Below are positions 27,326-37,626 of a stretch of DNA of 64,000 nt, piece by piece. Made by a program: the position numbers and the translations under genes. Below the pieces are notes generated by a model. It was not told where the DNA came from. It worked only from the letters and a program-made list of their open reading frames with translations, and did no database searches. The DNA is from an uncultured delta proteobacterium (lineage in GTDB: Bacteria > Desulfobacterota > Binatia > Binatales > Binataceae): positions 448,001 through 512,000 of the forward strand of contig CAVXXK010000003.1 in assembly GCA_963765675.1 (NCBI GenBank). Reading direction: 5' to 3'. Position 1 is the first letter of the stretch, and each line of letters begins with the position of its first letter.

Positions 27326-30097
27326 CTAATGATTCGTCGCGGGCGTCTTGCCCAGATCCCGTCCGAGACGATCCATCCGCTGTCCGAATTCGGTCCAGTC
27401 TCCCGACTTGAGCGCGTCGAGCGCGCGCGAATAATCCGACGGTGCGTCACCCATGGCAGCCGACGGTGGCGGCGGCGGCGGCGGCGGAGCTTTCGCGGCG
27501 GCAGCCGGAGCGGCAGGCGCCGCGGCGCCAACTGTCGTGACGGTTGGTGGCTCCATCGAAACCGGCTCCGGACCAAACAGCGCGTGCATCGTGGAATCCA
27601 AGGTCTCGCCCATCACGACCCGGTCGCTGTACGACGCGATCACGCGTTGCAGCTCTGGGAGCTGTCCGTTCTCGGCGCGGATATAGAGCGGCTCGACGTA
27701 GAGCAGGGAATCCTGAACCGGGATCACCAGCAGATTGCCGAGCACGACCTTCGAGCCCATCTGATTCCACAGCGCCAGCTCGCGCGAGATGTAGGGGTTC
27801 TGATTGATACGCGCCTGGATCTGGTACGGACCGTAGAAGAGCTTGTCCTTCGAGAACGAATACTCGAACAGATGCCCGTAGTCGGCGCCGTCGCATCGCG
27901 CGGCCAGCCACGAAATCATGTTGTCGCGCCCCTGCGGCACCATCGGCAGCATCAGGATGTACTCGGCGTGGGACTCGCCCGGCAGCCGCATGATCACATA
28001 GTAGGGCTGCATCGGCACGGTCTCTCCGCCGAAGTTCTCGCGCGGGAATCCCCACAGATCTTCGCGGTTATAGAACACCTGCGGGTCGGTCATATGGTAG
28101 GTGCTGTAAATGTCGGCCTGGATTAGGAACAGGTCTTCCGGATAACGGATATGCGCGTGCAAATCCGCCGGCATCGAATCAAGCGGCTTGAACAGATCGG
28201 GGAAGATTTTCTCCCAGGTCTTGATTATCGGGTCGTCGGGATCCGACACGTAAAAGTCCGTCTTGCCAGAATACGCGTCGACCACAACCTTGACCGAATT
28301 GCGGATGTAGTTGATCCCGTCGCCGTTGCGCTGGGAGTAGGGATAATGATCGCTCACCGTGTATGCATCGACGATCCAGACGACATGCCCGTCGTGCAGG
28401 ACTGGATACGGATCGCGGTCCAGATGCAGGAACGGGGCGATATATGAGATCCGGGTGACAAGATTGCGCCGGATCATGATTCTGCTCTTATCGACGATCG
28501 TCCGGGTCACCAGCAGATTGATGTCGCGGAACATGAAGCTGAACAGCAGCCGGCGCCAGAACCCCGCGATCGGCACTCCGCCCGAACCTTTGTAATACGC
28601 GAACACGTTGGCGGTCCCGCTGGCATAATCAAACTCGGGTGTGGACGCATCGACGACGCAGTAGTTATCCGGCTCTTCGCCAAAGTATATTCCGGGCTGA
28701 TCGATCTTGAGCCCCACGTTCGAACTCGCGGGAATATCCTTGACGTAGAAAATCGGCAGGCCTTCGGAATCTTTCGAGTTCACCGGGCTCATCGCTATGC
28801 CGGCGCCGTGGGTGAATTTCAGATGCTGGTTGATCCAGGTTTGCGCGTTGTCGGGAAGCTGCGCGACGTTCAACTCGCGCGCGGAGAGCAGCACTTCGGT
28901 GTAGTTGTTTTGGATATTGTAGCGGTCGATGTCGACGTCCTTGAAGTCGTAGTAGAGCCGGATTTCCTGGAGCTGGCGGTAGGTCGCGAGCAGCGGACGC
29001 GGATCCCACAGGCGGATATTCTTGATCGTCGGCGCGTCCTCCTGAATCGAGGTCATCGTGAGCGCGCCCTTGCCGCCGAAGGGTTTCACGTCGACGCCGT
29101 CAAGCTTGTAGGCCCGCCGGGTCATCTCGATGTTCTGCTCCAGGTACGGACGCTCGACGTGCAATTCGTCGGGTTTGACGATCAGGCGCTCGAGCACCGG
29201 CTGGAGAAAATTCAGAATCAGAGCAGGAGCGAACACGATCACCGCCGCGATCACGGGGCGGCGCAGCCCCTTTGCGCTGAAATTCGAAAAACAGATCACC
29301 GCCGCTATGATCGACAGCAGCACCAGCAGCCACAGGCCCGGACGCCACAGAATCGAGTCGACGTAGCGCAGGCCGAAGACCACGCCGTTGGTGTGAAGCA
29401 AAAGTCCGAAACGCGCCAGCCAATAGCTCATCGCGCGCTGGACGAAAAAGAATCCCAGGATGACCGAGAGATGCGCGGCCGCGCCCGGTGCGACTCGCGG
29501 CGGCGATTCACGGAAATCCAGCGCGCCGCGCACCCAATAGACCGCGACGGCGGCCGCGCCCGCCAGGAAAATTATGAGCAGGAACAGGTCGCGGAAATCC
29601 TCGAGCAGCGGCAGCGTGAAGACATAGAAGCCGACGTCATTGCCAAAGGCCTTTTCAGTCACGCCAAAGGGAACGCCGTAAAACGACTTGAGGTAGATGT
29701 CCCAGCTCGCGGCCTCGCCCTGCGCAGCGAGAATTGCGAGCACGGCCGCGCCGATCACGACGATCGTTTTCCACGGCACGCGTTCGCCGAGCGCGCGGAT
29801 CAGCTCGGGAAGATTGACCTCGGTCATCTGGTCGGGCCGGCGCACGACGTGCAGCCGCTCACGATCGCGGCTGAGCGCGACCGCAACCAGACCACTGGCC
29901 GCAATCACGACGAACGCCACCAGCCATACCCCGAGAAAAATCAGGACTTCGGCGGTTACCTCGATCGCAAACACCTGCTCGAAGCCCAGGGCACTGAACC
30001 ACAACAGGTCAACAAAGAAGGTATCGGCTATGGACAGAACGACGAGTGCGGCGATTATTATCGCGGCAATACCGAAGAGAATTGTTCTCGGACGCAT
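27326..30097 (-). CDS. UPF0182 family membrane protein
   Basis: DLLWFSALGF, DVGFYVFTLP, NIRLWDPRP, DVDIDRY, WINQHLKFTHG, NYIRNSVK, RYPEDLF, GNLLVIP, YVEPLY. Confidence 0.95.
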   Translation of the reverse strand: MRPRTILFGIAAIIIAALVVLSIADTFFVDLLWFSALGFEQVFAIEVTAEVLIFLGVWLVAFVVIAASGLVAVALSRDRERLHVVRRPDQMTEVNLPELIRALGERVPWKTIVVIGAAVLAILAAQGEAASWDIYLKSFYGVPFGVTEKAFGNDVGFYVFTLPLLEDFRDLFLLIIFLAGAAAVAVYWVRGALDFRESPPRVAPGAAAHLSVILGFFFVQRAMSYWLARFGLLLHTNGVVFGLRYVDSILWRPGLWLLVLLSIIAAVICFSNFSAKGLRRPVIAAVIVFAPALILNFLQPVLERLIVKPDELHVERPYLEQNIEMTRRAYKLDGVDVKPFGGKGALTMTSIQEDAPTIKNIRLWDPRPLLATYRQLQEIRLYYDFKDVDIDRYNIQNNYTEVLLSARELNVAQLPDNAQTWINQHLKFTHGAGIAMSPVNSKDSEGLPIFYVKDIPASSNVGLKIDQPGIYFGEEPDNYCVVDASTPEFDYASGTANVFAYYKGSGGVPIAGFWRRLLFSFMFRDINLLVTRTIVDKSRIMIRRNLVTRISYIAPFLHLDRDPYPVLHDGHVVWIVDAYTVSDHYPYSQRNGDGINYIRNSVKVVVDAYSGKTDFYVSDPDDPIIKTWEKIFPDLFKPLDSMPADLHAHIRYPEDLFLIQADIYSTYHMTDPQVFYNREDLWGFPRENFGGETVPMQPYYVIMRLPGESHAEYILMLPMVPQGRDNMISWLAARCDGADYGHLFEYSFSKDKLFYGPYQIQARINQNPYISRELALWNQMGSKVVLGNLLVIPVQDSLLYVEPLYIRAENGQLPELQRVIASYSDRVVMGETLDSTMHALFGPEPVSMEPPTVTTVGAAAPAAPAAAAKAPPPPPPPPSAAMGDAPSDYSRALDALKSGDWTEFGQRMDRLGRDLGKTPATNH

Positions 30098-30124
30098 CAG
30101 GGTGTCTGGCTACTCGAAGTGCGG

Positions 30125-30439
30125 TTACTCGCCCCGTGCGATCCGGCTAACGTGCTCGCGAACGAGATCGGGCGGGCACAGCCAGACGAACAGTTTGAGG
30201 GCGGCGAAGGCCACCAGGATCCAGTCAAGCTCGCCGATGAGCGGGATAAAGTCCAGCTCGAGCGCGGGCGGCGTCAGCATCAGGAGGAAAGCGAGCACCG
30301 GCACCGTCTTGGGCAATAGCGGGACGCGCGAATCGGCCATCAGGCGCCAGAACACGCGCACGAACTGAGGCAGGAAAGCAAAGAATCTGCCGACCGTCAT
30401 CGGCGACAGAAATTGCATGCGCAGGAATTGCCGGAACAT
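30125..30439 (-). CDS. YkvA/DUF1232-like small membrane protein
   Basis: RLMADSRVP..PK, DFIPLIGELD, PPDLVREH. Confidence 0.8.
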   Translation of the reverse strand: MFRQFLRMQFLSPMTVGRFFAFLPQFVRVFWRLMADSRVPLLPKTVPVLAFLLMLTPPALELDFIPLIGELDWILVAFAALKLFVWLCPPDLVREHVSRIARGE

Positions 30440-30567
30440 CTAGAAGATCCCCACAGGCGCTACTTTAGCACACGCGCGCCCCCAAGATGCCATCAATTAC
30501 GGACCGGGACCGCGCCGATTTTCTGGTACAATACGCGGCGGCTGGCGTAGGAAAGGAGGCTCGCGGG

Positions 30568-32262
30568 TTGAAACGGCACATGACACTGGGCGACTTTCTG
30601 GTCGCATACCTGCGCAAAATCGGCGTCGATACGATTTTCGGAATCCCGGGCGATCTCGCGCTCAAATTGTTCTTCGCTCTGGGCAAGCGCCACGGCATCA
30701 GGATCGTCACGCTCTCGCACGAGCCGGGAATCGGGTTCGCGGCCGACGGATACGCGCGCGCAACCGGCAAGATCGGGGTCGCGTGCGTCACCTACGGCGC
30801 GGGCGGCCACAACATGGTCAACCCGGTGGCGGGATCGTTCTCCGAGCGCGTGCCGATTCTGATCTTCTCCGGCGGTCCCGGCGAAGAAGAGCGCAAGCTC
30901 GGCACGCTTATCCATCATCAGGCCCGCGAGATCGAATCGCAGCATCGCATCTACCAGGAGGTCACGTGCGCGTCGCGCGTGCTGACCGATCCAAACACCG
31001 CGGCGCGGGAGCTGCACGCGGTGGTCCGCGCCATCTGGGCCGAGCAGCGACCCGGCTACGTCGAGATTCATCGCGACATGGTCGATCGGGTGATCGAAGT
31101 GCCCGAAGAGCTGATCGAGTGGGACGGCCATCTGCACTTCAGCGAATCGGATTCGCGCAAGGTCGAGGAAGCCGCGCGCGAGGCCGCCGAGATGTTCAAC
31201 GCGAGCCGCCACCCGGTCGTGATCGCGGGAATCGAGATTCATCGCTACAAGGCCGCGCACGAGTTGGTCGAGCTGGCTGAAAAGATGGGCGCGCCAGTGT
31301 GCACCACGGTGCTTGGCAAGGGCGCCTTCCCGATGGACCATCCGCAATACATGGGCGTGCACGTGGGGCCGATCAGTCCCGCGCCGATCGTCGAGCGGAT
31401 GGACGAGGCTGACTTTGTGCTCAACCTCGGGTGCCTCAAGACGGACATGAATTTCGGTAATCGTCCGCCGCGCGTGATCCAGGACCAGTCGGTATGGGCG
31501 GTCGATCGCAAGGTGGACGTGAAGTACCACACCTATATCGATGTGGGCGTGCGCGATTTCGTGCGCGCGATGCTGCACCAGAAGCTGCGCCATCACGAGG
31601 AGCGGGTCGCCTACGCCGACAACCTTGGCGACGTCTCGAAGGCGGAGAACAGGCAGATTCGCGTTGCGCAGATTTTGGTCGCGGTCAACCAGTTTCTCGC
31701 CACGCACAAAAACTACCTCGTCGTCACCGAGTCGGGCGACATGCTGTTCGGCGGACTCGACGTGCGCGTGCCGCATCACAGCACCTACCTGGCGCAGGGG
31801 TTTTACGCCTCGATGGGATTTGCGGTGCCGGCCGCGATGGGCGCGCAGATGGGCGGAGGGATGCGGCCGATCGTGCTGTGCGGCGACGGCGGCTTTCAGA
31901 TGACCGGTCCGGAAATCTCGCACGCACCGATGATGGGCATCAATCCGATCGTGGTGATCATCAACAATGGCGGCTGGGGCATCTTCCGGCCAATCGTCGA
32001 GCGGCGTGAGCTGCTCGACCTGCCGCCGTGGCCGTATGCGAAGCTTGCGCGCGATTTTGGCGGCGCGGGTTTCGAGGCGCGCACGCTGGCGCAGCTCCGC
32101 CGCGCGCTTGCGTCGGCGCATCGCTCGCGCTCGTTTGCGATTATCGACGTGCGCGTCGAACGCGACGATTTGTCGCCGGTCTCGGTCAAATATATTCGCG
32201 CCGCGGCCAAACGCTCGCAGGCTCCGGGCGCAAGCGCCGGGCGCGGGAGCAAACTCTTATGA
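30568..32262 (+). CDS. ThDP-dependent 2-oxo-acid decarboxylase (indolepyruvate/phenylpyruvate decarboxylase-like)
   Basis: FGIPGD, HEPGIGFAADGYAR, TYGAG, HHQ, GDGGFQMTG...NNGGW; TTG 30568 after AGGAGG. Confidence 0.9.
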   Translation: MKRHMTLGDFLVAYLRKIGVDTIFGIPGDLALKLFFALGKRHGIRIVTLSHEPGIGFAADGYARATGKIGVACVTYGAGGHNMVNPVAGSFSERVPILIFSGGPGEEERKLGTLIHHQAREIESQHRIYQEVTCASRVLTDPNTAARELHAVVRAIWAEQRPGYVEIHRDMVDRVIEVPEELIEWDGHLHFSESDSRKVEEAAREAAEMFNASRHPVVIAGIEIHRYKAAHELVELAEKMGAPVCTTVLGKGAFPMDHPQYMGVHVGPISPAPIVERMDEADFVLNLGCLKTDMNFGNRPPRVIQDQSVWAVDRKVDVKYHTYIDVGVRDFVRAMLHQKLRHHEERVAYADNLGDVSKAENRQIRVAQILVAVNQFLATHKNYLVVTESGDMLFGGLDVRVPHHSTYLAQGFYASMGFAVPAAMGAQMGGGMRPIVLCGDGGFQMTGPEISHAPMMGINPIVVIINNGGWGIFRPIVERRELLDLPPWPYAKLARDFGGAGFEARTLAQLRRALASAHRSRSFAIIDVRVERDDLSPVSVKYIRAAAKRSQAPGASAGRGSKLL

Positions 32263-33882
32263 GCGACTCAGCCGACCGTCATCACGCGCGGCATCGCGAC
32301 TTCAAGTGGAGCGTGCCCGAGCATTTCAATTTCGGAGCGATCGTCGATCACTTCGCGGGCGATCCCAACCGGACCGCGCTGTTGTGGGAGGATCAGGACG
32401 GCAAACGCGCGCGCCTGACCTACGCGAATATGCGCGCGCAATCCAATCAGATCGCGGGCGTGCTCGAGGCCTCGGGCCTGCGCCGCGGCGATCCGATCCT
32501 GCTGGTGCTGCCACGCATCACGATGTGGCAGGCGGCGTATATCGGCGCGCTAAAGATGGGCGCGATCGTGATTCCGTGCACCTCGATGCTGCGGGAGAAG
32601 GATCTTGATCTATCGCGCGAATCATTCCGGCGCACGCGCGATTATTGCCTCCACTGAAAACGCCTCGATGGTCGCGGAGCTGCGCGGTCAATGCCCGGGC
32701 TTGAATCATTTTCTGATCACCGGGAGCTCGCGTTCGGGATGGCAGGGATTACCCGAGCTGATGCAGCAAGCGTCACCGGATTACAAGCCAATAGCTACTC
32801 GCGCGAGCGACCCCGCAATTTGCTATTACACTTCCGGCACTACTCGCGAACCCAAAGCCGTCCTGCATAGCCATGCCTACACCTGGAGCCATCAGTATAC
32901 CGGCCGAAACTGGCTGGACGTGGCGGCGGACGGCGTCCACTGGACGACATCCGACACCGGATGGGCCAAAGCCGCGTACGGAGTGCTGTTCGGGCCGTGG
33001 ATGAACGGGGTCACGACCTTCATGTACAACGGCCGCTTCGAGCCCAAACGCGAGCTCGAGTTGCTCGCGCGCTATAACATCACTACTTTCTGCGCCCCGC
33101 CGACTGAGTATCGGATGCTGATCAAGGAGGATCTGTCCAAATATCAGTTTCCGAAACTGCGCCATTGCACCGGAGCCGGCGAGCCGCTCAACCCGGAAGT
33201 GATCGAGGTCTGGAAAGATCAGCTCGGGCATGTGATTCACGACGGTTACGGACAGACCGAAACGATCATCCTGGTGGCGAACATGCCCGGGATGGAAGTA
33301 AAGCCGGGCTCGATGGGCCTGCCGTTTCCCGGGCACGACGTGCACGTCGTCGATGAAGACTTGCGCGAAGTAAAAGACGGCGAGGTCGGGCAGATAGCGG
33401 TGCGCGTCGCGCCCGAGCGCCCGCCCTCGCTATTCCTGGAGTACTGGAAGAACCCCGCCGAGACCGCCGCAGTTTTTCAGGGCGATTACTATTTGACCGG
33501 AGACCACGCGACACGCGATGCGGACGGATACCTGTGGTTCGTCGGACGCGCCGACGACGTGATCATCTCAGCCGGCTACCGTATCGGCCCGTTCGAGGTC
33601 GAGAGCGCGCTGCTGGAGCATCCGGCGGTGATCGAGTCGGCGGTGGTGGCGAGTCCCGACGCCGATCGCGGCTCGATCGTGAAGGCGTTCGTGCGGCTCA
33701 ACGCGGAAGCGCGCAAATCCGACGCGCTCGCCCGCGAGCTGCAGGAGCACGTCAAGCGCATCACCGCGCCGTACAAGTACCCGCGCGAGATCGAGTTCGT
33801 CGACGAGCTGCCGAAGACGGTCAGCGGGAAGATCCGCCGGGTAGAACTCCGCAAACGAGAGGAAGACCGCAAGAGAAAATAG
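32259..33882 (+). pseudogene. acyl-CoA synthetase (ACSM/acetate-CoA ligase-like), split by a +1 frameshift near 32605 (may be a sequencing error)
   Basis: N-terminal half (FKWSVPEHFNF...ALKMGAIVIP...EKDL) and C-terminal half (IYRANHS, YTSGTT, DGYGQTE, IGPFEVES, PKTVSGKI) are in different frames; removing one base from gatcttgatc restores a single ORF. Confidence 0.85.
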
Positions 33883-34106
33883 CCACCTCGGAGCGATAAG
33901 CTTCACTCCCGCAGATATCGCTCGAGATCTCGCTCGGCCAGTATCTTCATGTTGCGCGCCCGCTGAGCGCGTGCGATCAGCTCAGCCGTGCGCGCTGTGT
34001 CCTTCGAGGCAGAGCTCTGCATACCGCATCATCGTAGGACCGACAGCCCTCGGAGTCCAACAAGAAATCGAATGATGAATGCCGGCGAGATGATCTTGTG
34101 CTGATA

Positions 34107-34280
34107 CCCTCTCCCACCGGGAGAGGGCGGCGCGGCGCGGCGATTGCTTCCCTTAGCAATCGCCGTGACGCGCGGGTGAGGGCGGCCTTGCGCAGAATTT
34201 TCTTCTAATCGCGCGGCGCCACGCGCCGCGCTGAATTCGGACCCTCGCCTAACCTCTCCCTTTCAGGGCGAGGGATCAGA
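34107..34280 (-). repeat. family A repeat, full doublet, between convergent genes
   Basis: ccctctcccaccgggagaggg...gcgattgct/agcaatcgc hairpin...gggtgaggg...ccctcgcctaacctctccctttcagggcgaggga. Confidence 0.9.
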
Positions 34281-34293
34281 AACAGCGGGCGAG

Positions 34294-35016
34294 TTATCCG
34301 GGACTCTGCTGCGACGCTTGCGGTAGCGCGGTGCGGAAGCCGCTTTGCAGCATCAGGGCGCCGACCGCGCGCGAGAGCGCTACCGACATCGATTCTCCCG
34401 GGTCCGTCTCGAGCGGCAGAAAGACTTCGCCGCCGACGGGTGCGGGCGGCTCGTTTTCAGCCCCGAGAATTTCGCCTGTATAGAGATCGGGATTCGCGCG
34501 CGAGGAGAGCGTGAACTTGATTCGCACCTTCGCCTTCATCTCGAAATACTGGCCGTGCACGGTTTGCTCGGTGCCAAAGCGCTGGTTGATCGACGCAAGT
34601 TCGATCGAGGTCGCGAGCACATAGTCGATGCCGACCGGCAGCGAAGCCGCGCCGCGCCTGAGCGGTCCGCTCGCGACCGGTTTCAGCCCCGCGTCGGCGA
34701 GCGCGCGGATCACAGCGGCGCTAACCACACCGCCGAGATCCTCGGCATAGAACGAACGCTCGACCGTTCCATCGGCCGAATAGACTCCGCCGACGCGCAC
34801 CCGCCCTGTCGCGATAGCGCCATCAGGCGGCAGCACCGCGATTCGCACCGGACCAAAAATCCGCTCAGAGCCGGGCACGAAGCCGGGCAGATAGTGCAGC
34901 CGCAACGCCGGTGCGGATTTGCATCCAGGCGCGATCGCCATCACGGCGACCGCGGCTATCGCGAGTGCGGCGCTAAGCCTCGGACGAAACTTGCGGCTAA
35001 ACTTCGGGCGGCGCAA
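34294..35016 (-). CDS. hypothetical lipoprotein
   Basis: Basic N-terminus plus a hydrophobic signal ending APGC; start uncertain. Confidence 0.65.
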   Translation of the reverse strand: MRRPKFSRKFRPRLSAALAIAAVAVMAIAPGCKSAPALRLHYLPGFVPGSERIFGPVRIAVLPPDGAIATGRVRVGGVYSADGTVERSFYAEDLGGVVSAAVIRALADAGLKPVASGPLRRGAASLPVGIDYVLATSIELASINQRFGTEQTVHGQYFEMKAKVRIKFTLSSRANPDLYTGEILGAENEPPAPVGGEVFLPLETDPGESMSVALSRAVGALMLQSGFRTALPQASQQSPG

Positions 35017-35626
35017 CCGGCTGATGTCGTTCACGCCACCACATGAATGCGAAAGCACCCACCACCAACAGGACCGCAAGCGTGACCCATAGTGAAGCGA
35101 GGTGCGCGACATGAAGCGCGTGATAGAGTTCATCGCCAACCAGATAACCTACCGTGCTGATAAGCGTACACCAGACCAATGCCCCCAACACGTTCCATCC
35201 GAGGAAGCGGAAAAACGGCATCCCCGCCGCACCCGCCATCGGACCGGCCATGAAGCGCACGCCCGCGATGAAGCGGGCCATGAAGACCGCCTTGGCGCCG
35301 TGCGTCTGGAAGAAAATCTGCAAACGATCGTAACGCTGGCGCGCGAAACTGAAATTTGCGGCCAGGCGGACGAGCAACCGCTGTCCCCCGGTGCGCCCGA
35401 GGATGAATCCGCAGCAATCGCCCGCGACCGCGCTGGCGATCGTCGCCAGGTAGACGCATCGCAGGTCAAGAATTCCCCGTCCGGCTAAAAATCCCGCGGC
35501 GAGCAGGACGGTCTCCTCGGGCACGGGAACTCCAAGGTTCCCGACGAACACGCAGACGAAGATGCCGAGATAACCCCAGGTCGCGAGGACGTCGGCGATA
35601 TGCTCGGGTTTCAGAATCTCATGCAT
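34997..35626 (-). CDS. DedA family membrane protein
   Basis: GVPVPEETVLLAAG, GD..GF..GR, ARFIAGVR, FLGWN..GALVW. Confidence 0.95.
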   Translation of the reverse strand: MHEILKPEHIADVLATWGYLGIFVCVFVGNLGVPVPEETVLLAAGFLAGRGILDLRCVYLATIASAVAGDCCGFILGRTGGQRLLVRLAANFSFARQRYDRLQIFFQTHGAKAVFMARFIAGVRFMAGPMAGAAGMPFFRFLGWNVLGALVWCTLISTVGYLVGDELYHALHVAHLASLWVTLAVLLVVGAFAFMWWRERHQPVAPPEV

Positions 35627-36063
35627 GCGCTGATCCGCGCGCCCGATGCCGTTGTCGGCTTTCGGACGGATATAGCTTGCCTAAGTGTATGTCGGAACGT
35701 AAGAGGGCTCGCCTTGGCATTTTTGAGCGCAAATAAAGACTCCTTGCTGGTTCGGCCATAACACAACTGTAACGGTCCTGATCGAAGCCGCGTCACGACG
35801 CCGCAGCCAACGACGTTAACCCTGCTGGTATTCGCCGGCGCGCATCATCGCTTGCAGGCCGAGTTCCGCTATGCAGCCAAGGCGCGTTCAGTTTGCGAGA
35901 ATCATCTCGACCGCGGGCACCTGAGCCTGATTGAAGGTATAGGCGAATCAGTATTCGTCAGGGTTCCGTAACCAGAAGGCTTTCGCGGCATCGCGATGGC
36001 CGCCGAAACATTTGGAACGGGCGCGCTGAATAAACCTCAGTACAAAACGGGCTGCAAGAAAAC

Positions 36064-37494
36064 CTATGGGCCGTTCAGCCCCCAGATGTGTATTTGCCAG
36101 ATGCCGAAGGCGACCAGAAAGATCGATACGCAAATCAGGATTTTTGTGAGCTGATCGGTCCGGCGCGGCATCCCGATCGCCATCATCACGAGCAGAAACG
36201 GAAAAGCCGGGATATAATGACGAGTTCCGAACTGGGCAAAACCATTCGCATAGCAGAGCAGACTGGGTATCGAGACCAGCACCGCAGCCAGCCCCATCAT
36301 CGCAATAGTCAATCGTTTAAAGCTCGGCCTTAGCGCAAGCACGAAGGCGGGACTGGTCAGCGTGAGCGCCTGACCCGAGAAAACCGGATGAATATAGGGA
36401 AAGTTACTATTTACCGTGGGCGCCATGAACAGCACCGTGTACAGATTGCCAGGCAGATAGCGCAGCGAAAAAACCGCTGCGCCCTTGGGGCCGGTGAGCA
36501 TCACACCCTGATCAAAGAAGCTGCCGAAGCGCGCTTCGTTCAATCCAACGAAGATCACTCCCACCGCCAGGTAGCCCGGAATCATCTCGAGAATTTCAGC
36601 GAAGGTGCGGCCTTTGGCCAGCAACAAAATCGCATACACCGGCGCTACGAGTGCCAGGTCATATCTGCCGAGCGTCGCGATCGCCGCCCAAATTCCCACC
36701 CATAGCGGACGCGCCTCGCCGAAGAGCTCGATCAGGGCGAGCAGCGTGAAGATGATCGAGGTGTTCATCGGCAGCGCCCAGGTGGTGCCGAGCGTGGTCT
36801 CGTACCACAGCACGTTTCCCAGCCCGAAGAAGAGGGTCAGCCATACGCGCGAATTGAGGGTAAGCCGAAATCGTCCGAGCAAGATCCACGCAAGCGCGAT
36901 TGCGACGGCGCCGACTACGACCGAAAATTCCGTCTGGTTGGTGTCCATCCCCCAGATCGCCGTAAACGGCATCAGCATGATCGCCGGTAGCGGAGGATGC
37001 AGCGCGTAGCTGTACTGCCCGATCTGCACGTGCTCGAGGAATGACTGCGGTGCGTCGATATAGGTATGGCCGTGGATAAACGCGACCGCCTGACGCACTT
37101 GCTCGTTGAACGGCGACGGCGGATACATCGTAACCGCGTAGAACGCCAGGAACGCGATGAATACCGCGACGCCGGCCCATCCTTCGGACGACAGCACCGA
37201 GCGGATCCGGACAAGCATCGGGCCACCGGCATCGCTCTCGGCTCCGCGAACAATCGCAAACCCGGCCAACGCGAGCGCCGCCGCGATATAGATCAGAAAA
37301 TTCGAGGTCCGGTTCTGGCTCAGGAAATTTGGCGCAAAGACTGCGATCGCCGCAATTGCGAAGATCAAAAACCCGCGCGCGGTTGCAAAGAACTGCGCGT
37401 CCAGCGCGGCGCTCCGACCGGGATCCCGCCTTACCGCATCCGCGTCGGACCGGCGGACTAGTCGTGCGTATGCCTGTTCCACGTCGCCGCACAA
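36064..37494 (-). CDS. polytopic membrane protein, probable GT-C glycosyltransferase
   Basis: About 12 TM segments, HPPLPAIMLMPF, NEARFG, QFGTRHY; downstream of a GtrB-like GT2. Confidence 0.6.
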   Translation of the reverse strand: MCGDVEQAYARLVRRSDADAVRRDPGRSAALDAQFFATARGFLIFAIAAIAVFAPNFLSQNRTSNFLIYIAAALALAGFAIVRGAESDAGGPMLVRIRSVLSSEGWAGVAVFIAFLAFYAVTMYPPSPFNEQVRQAVAFIHGHTYIDAPQSFLEHVQIGQYSYALHPPLPAIMLMPFTAIWGMDTNQTEFSVVVGAVAIALAWILLGRFRLTLNSRVWLTLFFGLGNVLWYETTLGTTWALPMNTSIIFTLLALIELFGEARPLWVGIWAAIATLGRYDLALVAPVYAILLLAKGRTFAEILEMIPGYLAVGVIFVGLNEARFGSFFDQGVMLTGPKGAAVFSLRYLPGNLYTVLFMAPTVNSNFPYIHPVFSGQALTLTSPAFVLALRPSFKRLTIAMMGLAAVLVSIPSLLCYANGFAQFGTRHYIPAFPFLLVMMAIGMPRRTDQLTKILICVSIFLVAFGIWQIHIWGLNGP

Positions 37495-37626
37495 TCTAGC
37501 AGATTCGCGCCTGGAACTTTACCGGCCCGTGGCCGCTCCGCTTGCCCTATACCCGAGTCTCGGCGGTGATTGAGCGACACATCAATGAAGCACTCCGCAC
37601 AAAACAATTCTGCCGCTGCGAAACCT

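Noticed and set aside
32595-32620. Programmed +1 ribosomal frameshift
   Set aside because: There is no prfB-like CTT-TGA or heptameric slippery site, and a second unrelated +1 indel in the window favours error or decay.
35630-36060. Possible small gene or ncRNA between dedA and the GT-C-like gene
   Set aside because: The frames are interrupted by stops and I recognise no RNA motif; I cannot support a call.
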